Assembly (NCBI GenBank): GCA_947501605.1
Contig: CANMWZ010000006.1
Location: 64,001 to 128,000 of the forward strand
DNA length: 64,000 nucleotides
Source of the DNA: Planctomycetota bacterium
Lineage (GTDB): Bacteria; Planctomycetota; UBA1135; UBA2386
Direction of reading: 5' to 3'
Shown: one piece after another, positions 28,177-38,521 of the stretch
Numbering within the stretch: position 1 is the first letter of the stretch
Layout: every line of letters starts with the position of its first letter
Program-made: the position numbers and the translations under genes
Notes under the pieces: model-generated
Seen by the model: the letters and a program-made list of their open reading frames with translations, nothing else
The model's database searches: none
What the model was told of the DNA's origin: nothing

Positions 28177-28686
28177 TCAGTCGTCGGACATTGCGTAAAT
28201 GCCCTGCTGCCCCGGCGTCTCCTCGACGCCGACCTCGAGCCGCCTGACCTGCAACTGCGGCCACGCGGCCCGCATGCGCAGACGCAGCTCGCGGGCAAAC
28301 CAGGTCGCCAGATTTTCGGCGCTGGTGTTGCCGATCGGCAACACGATCACTTCGTCACGCGGGACCAAGTAGCGACGCTGCAGGTAGCGGATCTCCATCT
28401 GCCCACCCTCGATCTCGGTCGCGCGCAGCACAGGGTGTTCGCCCGGGATCAACAAGTGCTCGTCGAGCTCGTCGCAGAGCTGACGGACCATGGGCTTGAT
28501 CTCCTTGAAGTTGACCACGAGCCCATGCGCATCGAGTTGCGTCTCGATTGCCACGGTCACCTTGTAGTTGTGACCGTGCAGCCGCTCGGCCGACCCGTCC
28601 GGGAAGATCAGAAAGTGAGCCGCGCTGAACTTGAGGTAGTCCTTCTCGATGAAGATGGACCAGCGCTCGGATGGGCCGTGGCTCAT
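28177..28686 (-). CDS. queD: 6-carboxytetrahydropterin synthase / PTPS family
   Basis: FSAAHF, ERLHGHNY, LDEHLL, TSAENLA, VEETPG. Confidence 0.85.
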   Translation of the reverse strand: MSHGPSERWSIFIEKDYLKFSAAHFLIFPDGSAERLHGHNYKVTVAIETQLDAHGLVVNFKEIKPMVRQLCDELDEHLLIPGEHPVLRATEIEGGQMEIRYLQRRYLVPRDEVIVLPIGNTSAENLATWFARELRLRMRAAWPQLQVRRLEVGVEETPGQQGIYAMSDD

Positions 28687-28735
28687 GGGACGGTATCGAC
28701 GGGGGCGACGCTGAGAGCGCGCCGCCCAAGCCACG

Positions 28736-30853
28736 TCACTTCGCGTATTCCTCGAGCACCTTGCCGGCGATGTTTGGCGGCACCGGCTCGTAGTTGCTCG
28801 GTTCCATCGAGTAGTGCCCGCGACCTTGCGTCATCGAACGCAGCGACGTCGAGTACTGGAACATCTCAGCGAGCGGAACCTTGCCGGTCACGGCCGAGAT
28901 GCCACCTGGCTTCGAGGTCATCTCTTCGATGATGCCGCGACGCGATGACAAGTCACCGATCACGTCGCCGGTGCGATCCTCGGGGCACTCGACTTCGATC
29001 TTCATGATCGGCTCGAGCAACTGCGAGTTGTTCTCCGCGGCGATGCGGAACGCCAGGATGCCCGCCGATTCGAACGCCATGGCGCTCGAGTCGACGTCGT
29101 GGCTCTGACCGTCGTAGAGCTCGGCGCGAACCTTCACGTACGGGAAGCCCTGGCGGCCACCGCCAGTGACTGCGGCGAGGATGCCCTTCTCGATCGGCGC
29201 AATGAACTCGCGCGGCACCGAGCCGCCCTTCACCGCATCGACGAACTCCAGCGTCTCCACTTCGTCGTCGGTGGAGAAGCGCACGCGGCAAACGGCGAAC
29301 TGACCCGAGCCACCGGTCTGCTTGATGTGACGCGCTTCGACGTCCTTCGACTTCGCCAGCGTCATCTTGTAGGCAACCTTCGGCTTGCCGACTGTCACCG
29401 GGATCTTGTAGTCGTTCATGATCATGTTGCACTTCACCTCGAGGTGAAGTTCACCCATGCCACTGATGACCATCTGACCCGTCTGCTCGTCGGTGATCGC
29501 CTTGAACGTCGGGTCCTCGCGGACCAGCTTGCCGATGACCGTCGACAGCTTGTCGCGATCCGCGCCCGCTTTGGGCTCGATCGCCATGCTGATGACGGTG
29601 TCCGGGAAGTTCATCGCCTCGTAGATGACCGGGTTCTCGCGCGTGCTCAGCGTGTCTCCGGTGATCGCCTCCCGGATACCGACCGCCGCGACGATGTCGC
29701 CGGCTCGCGCGGTATCGATTGGCTCGCGCTGGTTGGCATGCATGCGCATCAGACGGCCGATGCGCTCGTACTTGCGCGTGCGCGCGTTGTAGTACTTCTC
29801 GCCCTGCGACATGGTGCCGCTGTAGATGCGCAAGAACGTGAGGTCGCCATTGGGGTCACTGATGGTCTTGAAGACCAGGGAACCGAACGGCTGATCCGGC
29901 AGCAGATCCCAGATGACCTTGCTGTCATCTTCCGGGTTCTTGCCTTCGATCGGGGGCACATCGAGCGGACTCGGCAGGAAGTCGACGACGGCGTCGAGCA
30001 CCTGCTGCACACCCTTGTCCTTGAACGCCGAGCCACAGAAGACCGGTGTTATCCCGAGCGACAGAGTGCCCTTGCGGACCGCCAGCATGATCTCCTCGAC
30101 CGTGCCGATCTCGCCTTCGACGAACTTCTCGAGCAGCGGCTCGTGGAACTCGGCGATGCCCTCGATCATCTTCTCGCGGCGCGCCTTGGCCTGATCCATC
30201 AGGTCGGCCGGGATCTCCTTCGTGATCATCTCACGAGCGTCGGCGTCTTCACCGGTCCAGTAGTAGGCCTTCATGTGGATCAGGTCGATCACACCGAGGA
30301 AGTCCTTCTCCTTGCCGATCGGCATCACCAGCGGCACCGGGTTCGCGTTGAGGCGCGACTTCATCGAGGCCACGGCCTTGTCGAAGTCGGCGCCCGTGCG
30401 GTCGAGCTTGTTGACGAAGGCGACGCGCGGAACCTTGTAGCGATTTGCTTGGCGCCACACCGTCTCCGACTGAGGCTGCACGCCCGCGACGCCGCAGAAC
30501 ACGCCGACAGCGCCGTCGAGCACGCGCAGCGAGCGCTCCACTTCGGCGGTGAAGTCCACGTGTCCTGGGGTATCGATCAGGCTCATGGTGTGGCCGCGCC
30601 AGTGGCACGTCGTCGCGGCCGATGTGATCGTGATGCCGCGCTTCCGCTCTTCCTCGAGGTAGTCCATCGTGGCGGCGCCCTCGTGCACTTCACCGATCTT
30701 GTGGCTCTTGCCGGTGATGTAGAGGATGCGCTCGCTGAACGTGGTCTTGCCGGCGTCGATGTGCGCGATCACGCCGAAGTTGCGAAGCATGCGGATCTCC
30801 GCGATGTCCTTCGACTCCTTCTTCGACGGGGTGGAATTGTCGGCCTGCGACAT
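28736..30853 (-). CDS. fusA: Elongation factor G
   Basis: [62 protein letters not shown]. Confidence 0.97.
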   Translation of the reverse strand: MSQADNSTPSKKESKDIAEIRMLRNFGVIAHIDAGKTTFSERILYITGKSHKIGEVHEGAATMDYLEEERKRGITITSAATTCHWRGHTMSLIDTPGHVDFTAEVERSLRVLDGAVGVFCGVAGVQPQSETVWRQANRYKVPRVAFVNKLDRTGADFDKAVASMKSRLNANPVPLVMPIGKEKDFLGVIDLIHMKAYYWTGEDADAREMITKEIPADLMDQAKARREKMIEGIAEFHEPLLEKFVEGEIGTVEEIMLAVRKGTLSLGITPVFCGSAFKDKGVQQVLDAVVDFLPSPLDVPPIEGKNPEDDSKVIWDLLPDQPFGSLVFKTISDPNGDLTFLRIYSGTMSQGEKYYNARTRKYERIGRLMRMHANQREPIDTARAGDIVAAVGIREAITGDTLSTRENPVIYEAMNFPDTVISMAIEPKAGADRDKLSTVIGKLVREDPTFKAITDEQTGQMVISGMGELHLEVKCNMIMNDYKIPVTVGKPKVAYKMTLAKSKDVEARHIKQTGGSGQFAVCRVRFSTDDEVETLEFVDAVKGGSVPREFIAPIEKGILAAVTGGGRQGFPYVKVRAELYDGQSHDVDSSAMAFESAGILAFRIAAENNSQLLEPIMKIEVECPEDRTGDVIGDLSSRRGIIEEMTSKPGGISAVTGKVPLAEMFQYSTSLRSMTQGRGHYSMEPSNYEPVPPNIAGKVLEEYAK

Positions 30854-31115
30854 GATGAGTACCTGGAAATGCAGTAGAGGCAGGACCGCAGCGGCCGCGA
30901 CCTCTGACGCGCGGCAGGCTTTGGCCCGGTTTGAAGGCGAAGAAGGGTAGCGGGCCGTCTCGGCTGGTCAATGGCCCCGCCGCGCTCCCGGCGTTGCGAA
31001 CCTCCCCACCGCACCTGCCGGTGGCACCGCTGCCAGCTCGCCGCTGTCCAGTCCCGCATCACCCGAGGTCGATGCCTGTGCGCAAACGCAGCACTCAATC
31101 CGCGCAAGGAAACCC

Positions 31116-33053
31116 GTGGCAACTGGCATTCGCAGCATCCTGTCCGCCCTTCTGGCCGTTAGCGCCCTGGCTCCCTTCACCACTGCGCAGCAGGGTCCGG
31201 CTGAAGCCAAGGCGTGGCTCGAGGCCGGAAATCGCCGATTTCAGTCCTGCGACACCGCGCCGCCCCAACTTGGCGCCGGCGCGCGCCGGACTACAGCCCT
31301 TGGCCAGAATCCCCGCGCCGTCGTGCTGACTTGCACCGATTCGGACGTGGCCCCCGAACATGTGTTCCAGGCGGGACTCGGCGAACTGGTCGTGATCCGT
31401 CTGGCGGGCAACTGCGTCGACACCGAGACCATCGCCGACATCGAGCAGGCGGCGAGCCGACTCGCTGTACCGCTGTTGGTCGTCCTCGGTCACGAGCGCT
31501 GCACCACGGTTGCGGCGGCGATCCGCTGCGCCGAAGACGCCGAACGCGGGGTGGCCACGAGCGTGCCGAGCCCGGCACTGCAACAGCTGCTGCAGCAGTT
31601 CGAACCATCTGTCCGCCGCGGCTTGCAGCAGTCGCTGAGCGGAGCGGCCCTCGCCGCCCAGGTAGAAACTGAGCATGCAACGGCAATCGCCGCCGAGTGT
31701 CTTCGCCGCAGTGAGACCCTAAGACGCCTGCAGCAACTCGGTCGCTTCCAGGTCCAGCCTGCGCGCTACCACCAAGAGACCGGCGCCGTCGAATGGCTCT
31801 TGCCGCAGCCACTGCCGCAAACACCGCAGGAAGCCGCGACCGTGGCCGACGCCTCGCCGCCGACCATGGCGCCGCATGTCGCACTCCGCCTGCTGCAGGC
31901 AGGCAATCGCCGCTATCTGGGCGACGGCAAGCCACTAGGCGACATCAGCCCGACGCGGCGCGCCGGGATTCAGAAGGGGCAGCAGCCGTTCGCGATCGTG
32001 CTGACCTGCTCCGATTCCCGCGTTCCACCTGAGCATGTGTTCGATTGCGGCCTCGGCGAACTGTGCGTGATTCGCATCGCCGGGCACGTCATGACGGACA
32101 CCGTGCTCGCTAGCCTCGAACTAGCGGCGTCCCAGAGCGGCGCGCCGGTCATCGTCGTCCTCGGTCACAGTGACTGCACCACGATCCAAGAAGCGGGGCA
32201 ATCGGGGGATCGCGCCCGAACAGCAGGCATGCGCGCACTGGTCGACCGCGTCGCGCCAGCCTTTGCCGGTCAGCATGGCACCAGCCCAGAAGCGCAGAAG
32301 GCCGCCGTCGCCGCCAACGCGCTGCGCGTCGTCAGCCAAGCCCGTCAACGCAGCATCACGCTACAGCAGTTGGAGCAGCAGGGTCGCCTCCTGCTCCTCC
32401 CGGCAGTCTACGACATCGCCAGCGGGGACATCTCCTGGTTGGCCGAGCCGCCGCAAGAGGCGAGCGTGATGCCGGCTCTCCCACCAGCCACGCCGCACGG
32501 GGAATCCCATGCCGAAAAGATGGCAGCTCCGCACCACGAACCTGTGCCAGCGCCCACGCACGGAGCCGACGGCCACGATGCACCCCACGTCGAAAGCCAC
32601 GTGCACACCGAGCCACATCACGGCGAGCACGGCACGCCGCCAGCACCCGACTTGTCGTGGGCAGCCCCATCGCCGGAAGCAGCCGTCGCCGGCGCACTGC
32701 CCGACGTTCATGCCGCGCCAATGGGTGAGTCTCACGCCCCGGCCCACGCGGGGCATGACATGGATCCCGCGGCCCATGCCCCATCGCCAGACGTGCACAT
32801 GGACACGCCGCAAAGCGATGCGCCCGCGCCCGGCGCCAACCACGGCGTAGCAGAGGATCCACACGCGCACGGGCACGTGCACGGCGACGCTCACGACGAC
32901 TCTGCGCCGAACGCGCATCCCGCCGACACTCACGACCCGGCGCCGCGAGCGGAGACTGCCAAGAGCCAATGGAACACCGTGCTGATGCTCGCGGTCACGG
33001 CGATCGCCTCGTTCTCGCTCGCGATCGTCGTCACCATGCGTCACCGCAACTGA
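31116..33053 (+). CDS. Exported tandem beta-carbonic anhydrase with His-rich linker and C-terminal TM anchor
   Basis: Signal peptide; domain 1 CTDSDV...HERC; domain 2 CSDSRV...HSDC; ~26 His in the Pro/Ala-rich tail; TM VLMLAVTAIASFSLAIVV. Confidence 0.88.
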   Translation: MATGIRSILSALLAVSALAPFTTAQQGPAEAKAWLEAGNRRFQSCDTAPPQLGAGARRTTALGQNPRAVVLTCTDSDVAPEHVFQAGLGELVVIRLAGNCVDTETIADIEQAASRLAVPLLVVLGHERCTTVAAAIRCAEDAERGVATSVPSPALQQLLQQFEPSVRRGLQQSLSGAALAAQVETEHATAIAAECLRRSETLRRLQQLGRFQVQPARYHQETGAVEWLLPQPLPQTPQEAATVADASPPTMAPHVALRLLQAGNRRYLGDGKPLGDISPTRRAGIQKGQQPFAIVLTCSDSRVPPEHVFDCGLGELCVIRIAGHVMTDTVLASLELAASQSGAPVIVVLGHSDCTTIQEAGQSGDRARTAGMRALVDRVAPAFAGQHGTSPEAQKAAVAANALRVVSQARQRSITLQQLEQQGRLLLLPAVYDIASGDISWLAEPPQEASVMPALPPATPHGESHAEKMAAPHHEPVPAPTHGADGHDAPHVESHVHTEPHHGEHGTPPAPDLSWAAPSPEAAVAGALPDVHAAPMGESHAPAHAGHDMDPAAHAPSPDVHMDTPQSDAPAPGANHGVAEDPHAHGHVHGDAHDDSAPNAHPADTHDPAPRAETAKSQWNTVLMLAVTAIASFSLAIVVTMRHRN

Positions 33054-33251
33054 GTCGCGCGCGTTGCTGACCGCCACTGGACGGACGGAAGCGTCGCCGA
33101 GCACCCAGCCGACGGGTCGAGTTCCAGGAGTGCCAACTCGCCGAACCTGGGCGCCTCCTTGGTTCGCGCGACGAAGCGATCGATCCGGGTGCCCAACGCG
33201 CAGGAAGGACGCGCCCTCGAACGGGCCGCTGACCCGGCGCTCGGTGCCTGT

Positions 33252-34976
33252 TCACTTCATGTGACGTTCGAAGGCTGCGCGCCGCTCCGGGTCGTCGTTG
33301 TGGTCGAAGTAGAACAGGCGCAGGTCGGCGAAGTCCTTGGCGACCTGTTCCTTCGACTTGTTCGGCAGCTCCCGGATGTAGGCGTCGAGGGCGCCCTCGA
33401 AGTCCGAGCCGAAGTGCTTCGGCTGACGTTCGCGCAGCGCTCGCATCAGGGCGCGATCCCAGATCACGATCCTCATCGGCATCGCCAACGCGTCCGGGAG
33501 GGAGGGCACTGGAAAGGCGATCTGGCGGTAGGCGTCGCAGAACCCGCCCGTCTGGTAGCTCCCTTCCAACATGAAGTTCAGCTTCCGCTCGATCAGGTAG
33601 TGCGGATACATCGGCCACGGACGATCGTGCCCCGGCTTGCGACGACCCGGCACCGGCAAGTGCGCGATGTAGGCGTCGGTGAGTCCGGCGGCGCACTCGA
33701 CGGCGACGTCGACCTCGGTTCGATACGCGAAGTTGGCGTGGCCACCGGCGATGCCGATGCGAACGCCGAGCCCAGCGAACAACCGCTTCAGCTCATGGCC
33801 GGCGAGGCGCGCGTACTCGGTCAGCGGCAACCCTGGGCTCAGCTCCACGACGCTGATCGCGCGGTTGTCCGAGACCGCTCCGGCATAGTCCGTCAGGTAG
33901 GGCGGATCGTGGCGGAAATGCGTGCCGGCGACGGCGATGCCGACCGCGGCGGCGCGCACCGCGGGCATCTTCTGCACCAGCAGATCGAGCGCGAGCAACA
34001 AGAACGGCGTCACCGGCAAGAGGAAGCGGCCGAACATGAAATCGCCGCCGACCCACACCACGAACGCGATGTAGGGCAACACGAACAGCCACAGCGCGAG
34101 GCCCGTCCGGCGCGCGTTCCAACAATCGGCGACCGCGAAGCGATCGACGCGGCGCAGCGGCAGCACCAGCAATGCGAGCGCAGCAGGCACCAGCGACAGG
34201 CTGTAGCACTTGAAGTACTCGACGACGTAGTCGAGGCCCGCAGCGAGGTTCGGTTCGCCGCCGGACTTGGCGAAGAACGTGTTGGGCACCCAGTAGCCGT
34301 AGTAGGCGTGACGCCAGAGCAAGTACGGCACCATGCACACGATCAGCGGGATGCCGTAGGCAAGAGCGATGCGGGAGCTGCGTGCCCGCCACGCGTCGAA
34401 CAGGACCATCGCCCCGGCGGCGGCCACGAACAGCGCGCCGTCGGGCCGCGTCATCGCTGTGAGCGCCGCGAGAAAGCCGAGCAGCCACACCTGACGGCCG
34501 CAGCGACGTTCGATGGCGAGCCACCACATGCAGACCCCGAGGAACACGAACAGCGCCGTCTCGAGGCCAGCGGGAGCCAACGACGCCGCGGCATAGCTCA
34601 CGGCGTAGGCGGGCGCGGCGATGGGCACCAGAGCCTTGCCGTGACTGCTGCGCCACGCCACGACGCCGAGCACAAACACCGTCGCTGCATGCAGCAGACA
34701 GCCCCAAAAGATCGACCAGGTCTCGAGGTGGTCGCCGATGAAGCCGAGTGCGATGCCGATCGCCAGCCACATCGTCCAGCTGAAGTTGGTGTAGCCCTCG
34801 ACCGGAGCCTCGTTCGGATCGAGGTTGAACACCAGCCCGTTGCCGTCGACGAAGTTCTTGGCGTAGCGAAACGAGATGTAGGCGTCGTCGCAAGTCCAGC
34901 CCAAGGACCACGCATGCGCGAAGGCCATAAGCGTGGCGAGGAGGACAACCGACCAGAACAAAGGGGCACGCCGCAT
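33252..34976 (-). CDS. GT-C-type membrane glycosyltransferase (arabinofuranosyltransferase-like)
   Basis: DDAYISFRYAKN..G.GLVFN, PVEGYTN, GLET, TRPDG, YYG..VPNTFFAK, GGDFM..RFLLP, PGH. Confidence 0.8.
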   Translation of the reverse strand: MRRAPLFWSVVLLATLMAFAHAWSLGWTCDDAYISFRYAKNFVDGNGLVFNLDPNEAPVEGYTNFSWTMWLAIGIALGFIGDHLETWSIFWGCLLHAATVFVLGVVAWRSSHGKALVPIAAPAYAVSYAAASLAPAGLETALFVFLGVCMWWLAIERRCGRQVWLLGFLAALTAMTRPDGALFVAAAGAMVLFDAWRARSSRIALAYGIPLIVCMVPYLLWRHAYYGYWVPNTFFAKSGGEPNLAAGLDYVVEYFKCYSLSLVPAALALLVLPLRRVDRFAVADCWNARRTGLALWLFVLPYIAFVVWVGGDFMFGRFLLPVTPFLLLALDLLVQKMPAVRAAAVGIAVAGTHFRHDPPYLTDYAGAVSDNRAISVVELSPGLPLTEYARLAGHELKRLFAGLGVRIGIAGGHANFAYRTEVDVAVECAAGLTDAYIAHLPVPGRRKPGHDRPWPMYPHYLIERKLNFMLEGSYQTGGFCDAYRQIAFPVPSLPDALAMPMRIVIWDRALMRALRERQPKHFGSDFEGALDAYIRELPNKSKEQVAKDFADLRLFYFDHNDDPERRAAFERHMK

Positions 34977-35023
34977 GAGGAGCGCGGATCGTGCCCGCTG
35001 CGCGCCGCGGGCGAAAGGGCGCG

Positions 35024-35746
35024 TCAACCGACCGTCGTGCGCAGCGCCGCCACCAAGGCAACGGCGAACCGCCGTTGGCCCGCCGCCGTGCGCGCGGTTC
35101 GCTGGTTCAGTTCGATCTCGATGCCGAGGTAGCGCGCGGGTGACTGGGAACTGCGCAGACTCTGCGTGTGCCCATCGGTGTGTCCGAAGTAGGGGAAGTT
35201 CTTGCGCACCGACAGCCCTTGCGCGACGAGCGCCGCCTGTAGCGCCACGACCAAGGCGCGTTCGCGTGGGCGCTGCGGATGAAACAACAGCCCCACATCC
35301 GATCGCCGCTCGACGCCGTTCAAGCGCTCGACAAACGAATGGACACTGAGGTGCAGACAACCACCGCTGGTCACCACCGCTCGCCCGACGGCGCGTGCCG
35401 TCGCCGCGCGAAACGGTCGCCACCACCGCTGCAACCGCCGTTCGCGATCCGCCGCCGTGAGCGCTTGGTTGCCTGGGACCGGACCATCTTCAGTACGCGC
35501 GGCACAGAGTCGTGGATGATCCTCGCTGCGATTGAGGTCGACCACGAGCCGCGACCACTCGCCGACCATCAGCGGCGCGTCGAATGCAGCGGCGATCGCC
35601 TGCGCCACCGGCAACGCACCTGGATCCCACGCAACGTGCTGCTGACGTCTTGAGGCCAGCAGGCCAAGCCCGTGCAACTCCTTGGGCACCGCGTTGCTGG
35701 CGTGCTCGCACGTGACGACGAGCGAGCGCCCGTGCCCGCGCACCAC
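35024..35746 (-). CDS. N-formylglutamate amidohydrolase family
   Basis: VTCEHASN, H.AWDPGA, SRLVVDLNRS, SVHSF, IEIELNQ. Confidence 0.88.
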   Translation of the reverse strand: MVRGHGRSLVVTCEHASNAVPKELHGLGLLASRRQQHVAWDPGALPVAQAIAAAFDAPLMVGEWSRLVVDLNRSEDHPRLCAARTEDGPVPGNQALTAADRERRLQRWWRPFRAATARAVGRAVVTSGGCLHLSVHSFVERLNGVERRSDVGLLFHPQRPRERALVVALQAALVAQGLSVRKNFPYFGHTDGHTQSLRSSQSPARYLGIEIELNQRTARTAAGQRRFAVALVAALRTTVG

Positions 35747-35747
35747 C

Positions 35748-36251
35748 TCAGTCCTCGATCTCAAAATCGCAGAGCAGCACAACACGGGGGCTGTCTGACG
35801 AGTTGGTCACCTCGTGAATCTGGCTGCGATCGAACATCACGACGTGCCCCTCTTCCCACTCCAGCCGCTTGCCAGCCACGATCATCTCGCTGCCGGAGGG
35901 CACTTGGACGCCCATGTGCAGTCGCTGCAGCTTTGGCCCATAGTTGTCTGAGTGCGGCAGAATCCGCGACTTGGCGCCAACCAGCGAGAAGCCCGCGTCC
36001 ACCAGCCGCGGCAACGACTTCAGCATCGCCACGGTCCTAGGACACCTCGACTGGTTCTTCGGCAGGTCGATCGGGAGATACGGGTCGCAGTTGAAGAACA
36101 GCCCGAACACGCTCCACATGCCGGTGTAGCCGTCGGACTGCGGCCAGGGGTAGAAGTCGCGAACGAGGTCGAGACCCTGCAGTTCGCGCTTCACGTCGGG
36201 GAAGGCGCGCTCGATCGTCGGGATCACCACCTGCGTGAGGTCGTAGGCCAT
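35748..36251 (-). CDS. Aspartyl/asparaginyl beta-hydroxylase family Fe(II)/2OG dioxygenase (LpxO-like domain)
   Basis: CPRT..ML, AGFS, ILPHSD, RLHMG, WEEG..VMFDRSQIHEVTN.SD.PRVVLLCD. Confidence 0.85.
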   Translation of the reverse strand: MAYDLTQVVIPTIERAFPDVKRELQGLDLVRDFYPWPQSDGYTGMWSVFGLFFNCDPYLPIDLPKNQSRCPRTVAMLKSLPRLVDAGFSLVGAKSRILPHSDNYGPKLQRLHMGVQVPSGSEMIVAGKRLEWEEGHVVMFDRSQIHEVTNSSDSPRVVLLCDFEIED

Positions 36252-36315
36252 GGGCGAGAATCCTATCGACCGATGGTCGCGCGTTCCTGCACCGCGGCAC
36301 CACCTTGGCAACGCC

Positions 36316-37014
36316 TCACCAGCGGCCTGCGAGGCCCGGTTGGCCCGGATCCGCGAGCCGCGCCGGATCGACGCTCCAGCGCGAGGCCAGCGACCGGACG
36401 TCCGTCGGCAGCGGCCACCACTTGATCGCATCCTCGGTCAGGTCGCGCGCATCCTCGACAAAGAAGCCGAGGTCGCGTTCGGCCGCGGTCATCTCGCCGA
36501 GCTCCCATAGCACCTGCTCCTCACTGCCATCGAAGCTGAAGGCGCGTTGCATCTCGCCGCGCCGCGCAAACGCCCAGCCCATGCAATCACGGTCCGCATC
36601 GACCAGGAACCAGAACGCCTCGCCGTGGGCCTCGGACAGCCGCCGCAGCGCCGTTTCGACCTGCGGCAGGTCCCCGCGATGCCACGCGTCGATGCCGATG
36701 GCCATGACGAAGGCCGCGCCCGCCGGCGCCACGAACAGGCCCGTTTTGGCCGCCTGCATGCCCTCCGCGAACGGGACCGGGCGAGCGGTTCGTAGGCCGA
36801 GCACGCGCGCGACATCGCGGACGTCCGTCGTGCGCACAGCGAACCAGACAGTTGTCCGCGCCGACGCCGCAGCGATGGTCGCCGCCGCCTCCGCCTCGTC
36901 GAGCCCGGAGGCCACTCGATCCTGATGCACGCGGTGCCGGCGCATGATCTCCGCCCATCGCATCAACCCGAACACGGTGAAGACCACCACCGCGACCACG
37001 ACCGCGATACCCAT
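36316..37014 (-). CDS. Hypothetical protein with N-terminal TM
   Basis: MGIAVVVAVVVFTVFGLM; starts 2 nt after the upstream stop. Confidence 0.65.
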   Translation of the reverse strand: MGIAVVVAVVVFTVFGLMRWAEIMRRHRVHQDRVASGLDEAEAAATIAAASARTTVWFAVRTTDVRDVARVLGLRTARPVPFAEGMQAAKTGLFVAPAGAAFVMAIGIDAWHRGDLPQVETALRRLSEAHGEAFWFLVDADRDCMGWAFARRGEMQRAFSFDGSEEQVLWELGEMTAAERDLGFFVEDARDLTEDAIKWWPLPTDVRSLASRWSVDPARLADPGQPGLAGRW

Positions 37015-37015
37015 G

Positions 37016-37423
37016 TCAGGTCCCCCCGTCACGGCGCAGCACGTCGAGCTTCGGAAGGTCCCACTTGGCGCGTTCGCTATCGGTCGTCGAGGAGTCGCAG
37101 GGCAGCGCCGCGCCGTCCGCCGCCCGCAGCGTGCCGAACTTCTGCAACTGCCCGCGCAGAACGCGGAGCTTGTCGTAGCTCCGCGCCGCCAACGCGCGGG
37201 CCGGCCGGTGGCCAGCCATGGCCACGCTGGCAAGATCGTGCGCCGCTTGCACCGACGGCAAATCGGCGGCGCGCAGCAGGACTACCGCGGCCCAAAACTG
37301 GGCGACGGATCCCTGCACCATCCCCTGCGCGCAGAGCGAACGTACGCGCACAATCGCAGCCTCGTCGGCAACATCGCCCGTCGTGGCTGCCAACGCCTGT
37401 AGTTCGGCTTCGAGTTCGTCCAT
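37016..37423 (-). CDS. Conserved hypothetical helical protein (DUF6624-like C-terminal motif)
   Basis: ALAARSYDKL....GQLQKFGT...TTDSERAKWDLP resembles the DR...G.PQ.YGTQ...D.ER motif. Confidence 0.55.
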   Translation of the reverse strand: MDELEAELQALAATTGDVADEAAIVRVRSLCAQGMVQGSVAQFWAAVVLLRAADLPSVQAAHDLASVAMAGHRPARALAARSYDKLRVLRGQLQKFGTLRAADGAALPCDSSTTDSERAKWDLPKLDVLRRDGGT

Positions 37424-37581
37424 TGCGCGCGAGCATGGTAGCAACCGTTCGCGGAAGATCGCACGACACACGAACCCAGCCGATTCCACGCGCGCGCAGG
37501 TGCCCTCTTTCGCGAGCCCCCGTCGCTGGGGCATTGTTCTCGAGTTGCATCGCGCCCCCGCCAACCGGCGCTGCCTTCCAC

Positions 37582-38490
37582 GTGATCCCGACCCGAGTGT
37601 TTCTCGTCCTCGCTGCACTGCTGCTGCTACCGGCGGCGACATGCGGCTCCCCATACGTCATGCCACCGTGCTCACAGCGCACGGTCACGCACGCAATCAC
37701 GATCCCGCCAGGGGCGCGGCGTCTTGAAGTGCAGTTCCACGACGGGCTGTTGGCAATCGAGGAGGGTGAAGAACCGAGTTGCACCCTAGAGGTGCATCTG
37801 CAAGCGGACGATGCCGTCCAACTCGCCGAGTTCGAACTCGCGGTCGCGCCCGTAGTCGCGTTTCGCGATGCGGATGCGACGGCGTCGTTGCACGTAGCAC
37901 TCCCGCCGGGCGCCGACCTCGATGCCGTCCGCACGACTTGGCGCCTGCGCGTGCCAGCGCGCCTTGCCGTTGCGATCACCACACGCCGCGGCGGTGTCGT
38001 GGCGCGCGGCACCCACTGTGACCTCGAGGTGCGGGGCGGCAGTGGCGTGGTGGAAGCCGACTTGGCTGGTGGCAAGGCACGACTGTCGACGACTTCGGGC
38101 AGCCTGATACTGCGCGGCAACTACGCCGATGCAGTCGTGCACAGCAACCTCGGCCGCATCGACCTCGGTCTGCCGCCGGATGGCCCGACCCCCGTGGAGC
38201 TGCGGGCCGCTAGCCAAAAGGGCGACCTCTACATCGACATCCGCAAGGACCAAGTCTGGGACGTCTACTTCCTGGGCGAGACCCACTTGATGCGCTGCGA
38301 CCCGGAAGTCCGCGCTGAGTGGCTGGAGAACGTGGAAATCGACAGTCTCGACTACAGCAAAGGCCGGGCTGGGAACCTGCAGGGCAACCCATGCGGCAGT
38401 TTGTGGCTCCAGGCGACCACGCCCGTGTACGTCCGCTTGCTGCCAGAGCGCCCGTTTGCTGCAACCAGCACCGGCGCTCTGCCGCGCTGA
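37582..38490 (+). CDS. Exported hypothetical protein, DUF4097/adhesin-like beta repeats
   Basis: Signal peptide; repeated T..G.V/I units (TTRRGGV, GGSGVV, TTSGSL, SNLGRI, SQKGDL). Confidence 0.6.
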   Translation: MIPTRVFLVLAALLLLPAATCGSPYVMPPCSQRTVTHAITIPPGARRLEVQFHDGLLAIEEGEEPSCTLEVHLQADDAVQLAEFELAVAPVVAFRDADATASLHVALPPGADLDAVRTTWRLRVPARLAVAITTRRGGVVARGTHCDLEVRGGSGVVEADLAGGKARLSTTSGSLILRGNYADAVVHSNLGRIDLGLPPDGPTPVELRAASQKGDLYIDIRKDQVWDVYFLGETHLMRCDPEVRAEWLENVEIDSLDYSKGRAGNLQGNPCGSLWLQATTPVYVRLLPERPFAATSTGALPR

Positions 38491-38521
38491 TAGAACGGGC
38501 GAGACGGCGTTCGCTCGCGAC

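Noticed and set aside
29099..30877. Long + strand ORF (592 aa) opposite fusA; likewise 33159-35132, 50018-52747, 49261-51165, 16966-18540 and others
   Set aside because: These are antisense shadows of real genes, expected in high-GC DNA, and carry no protein motifs.
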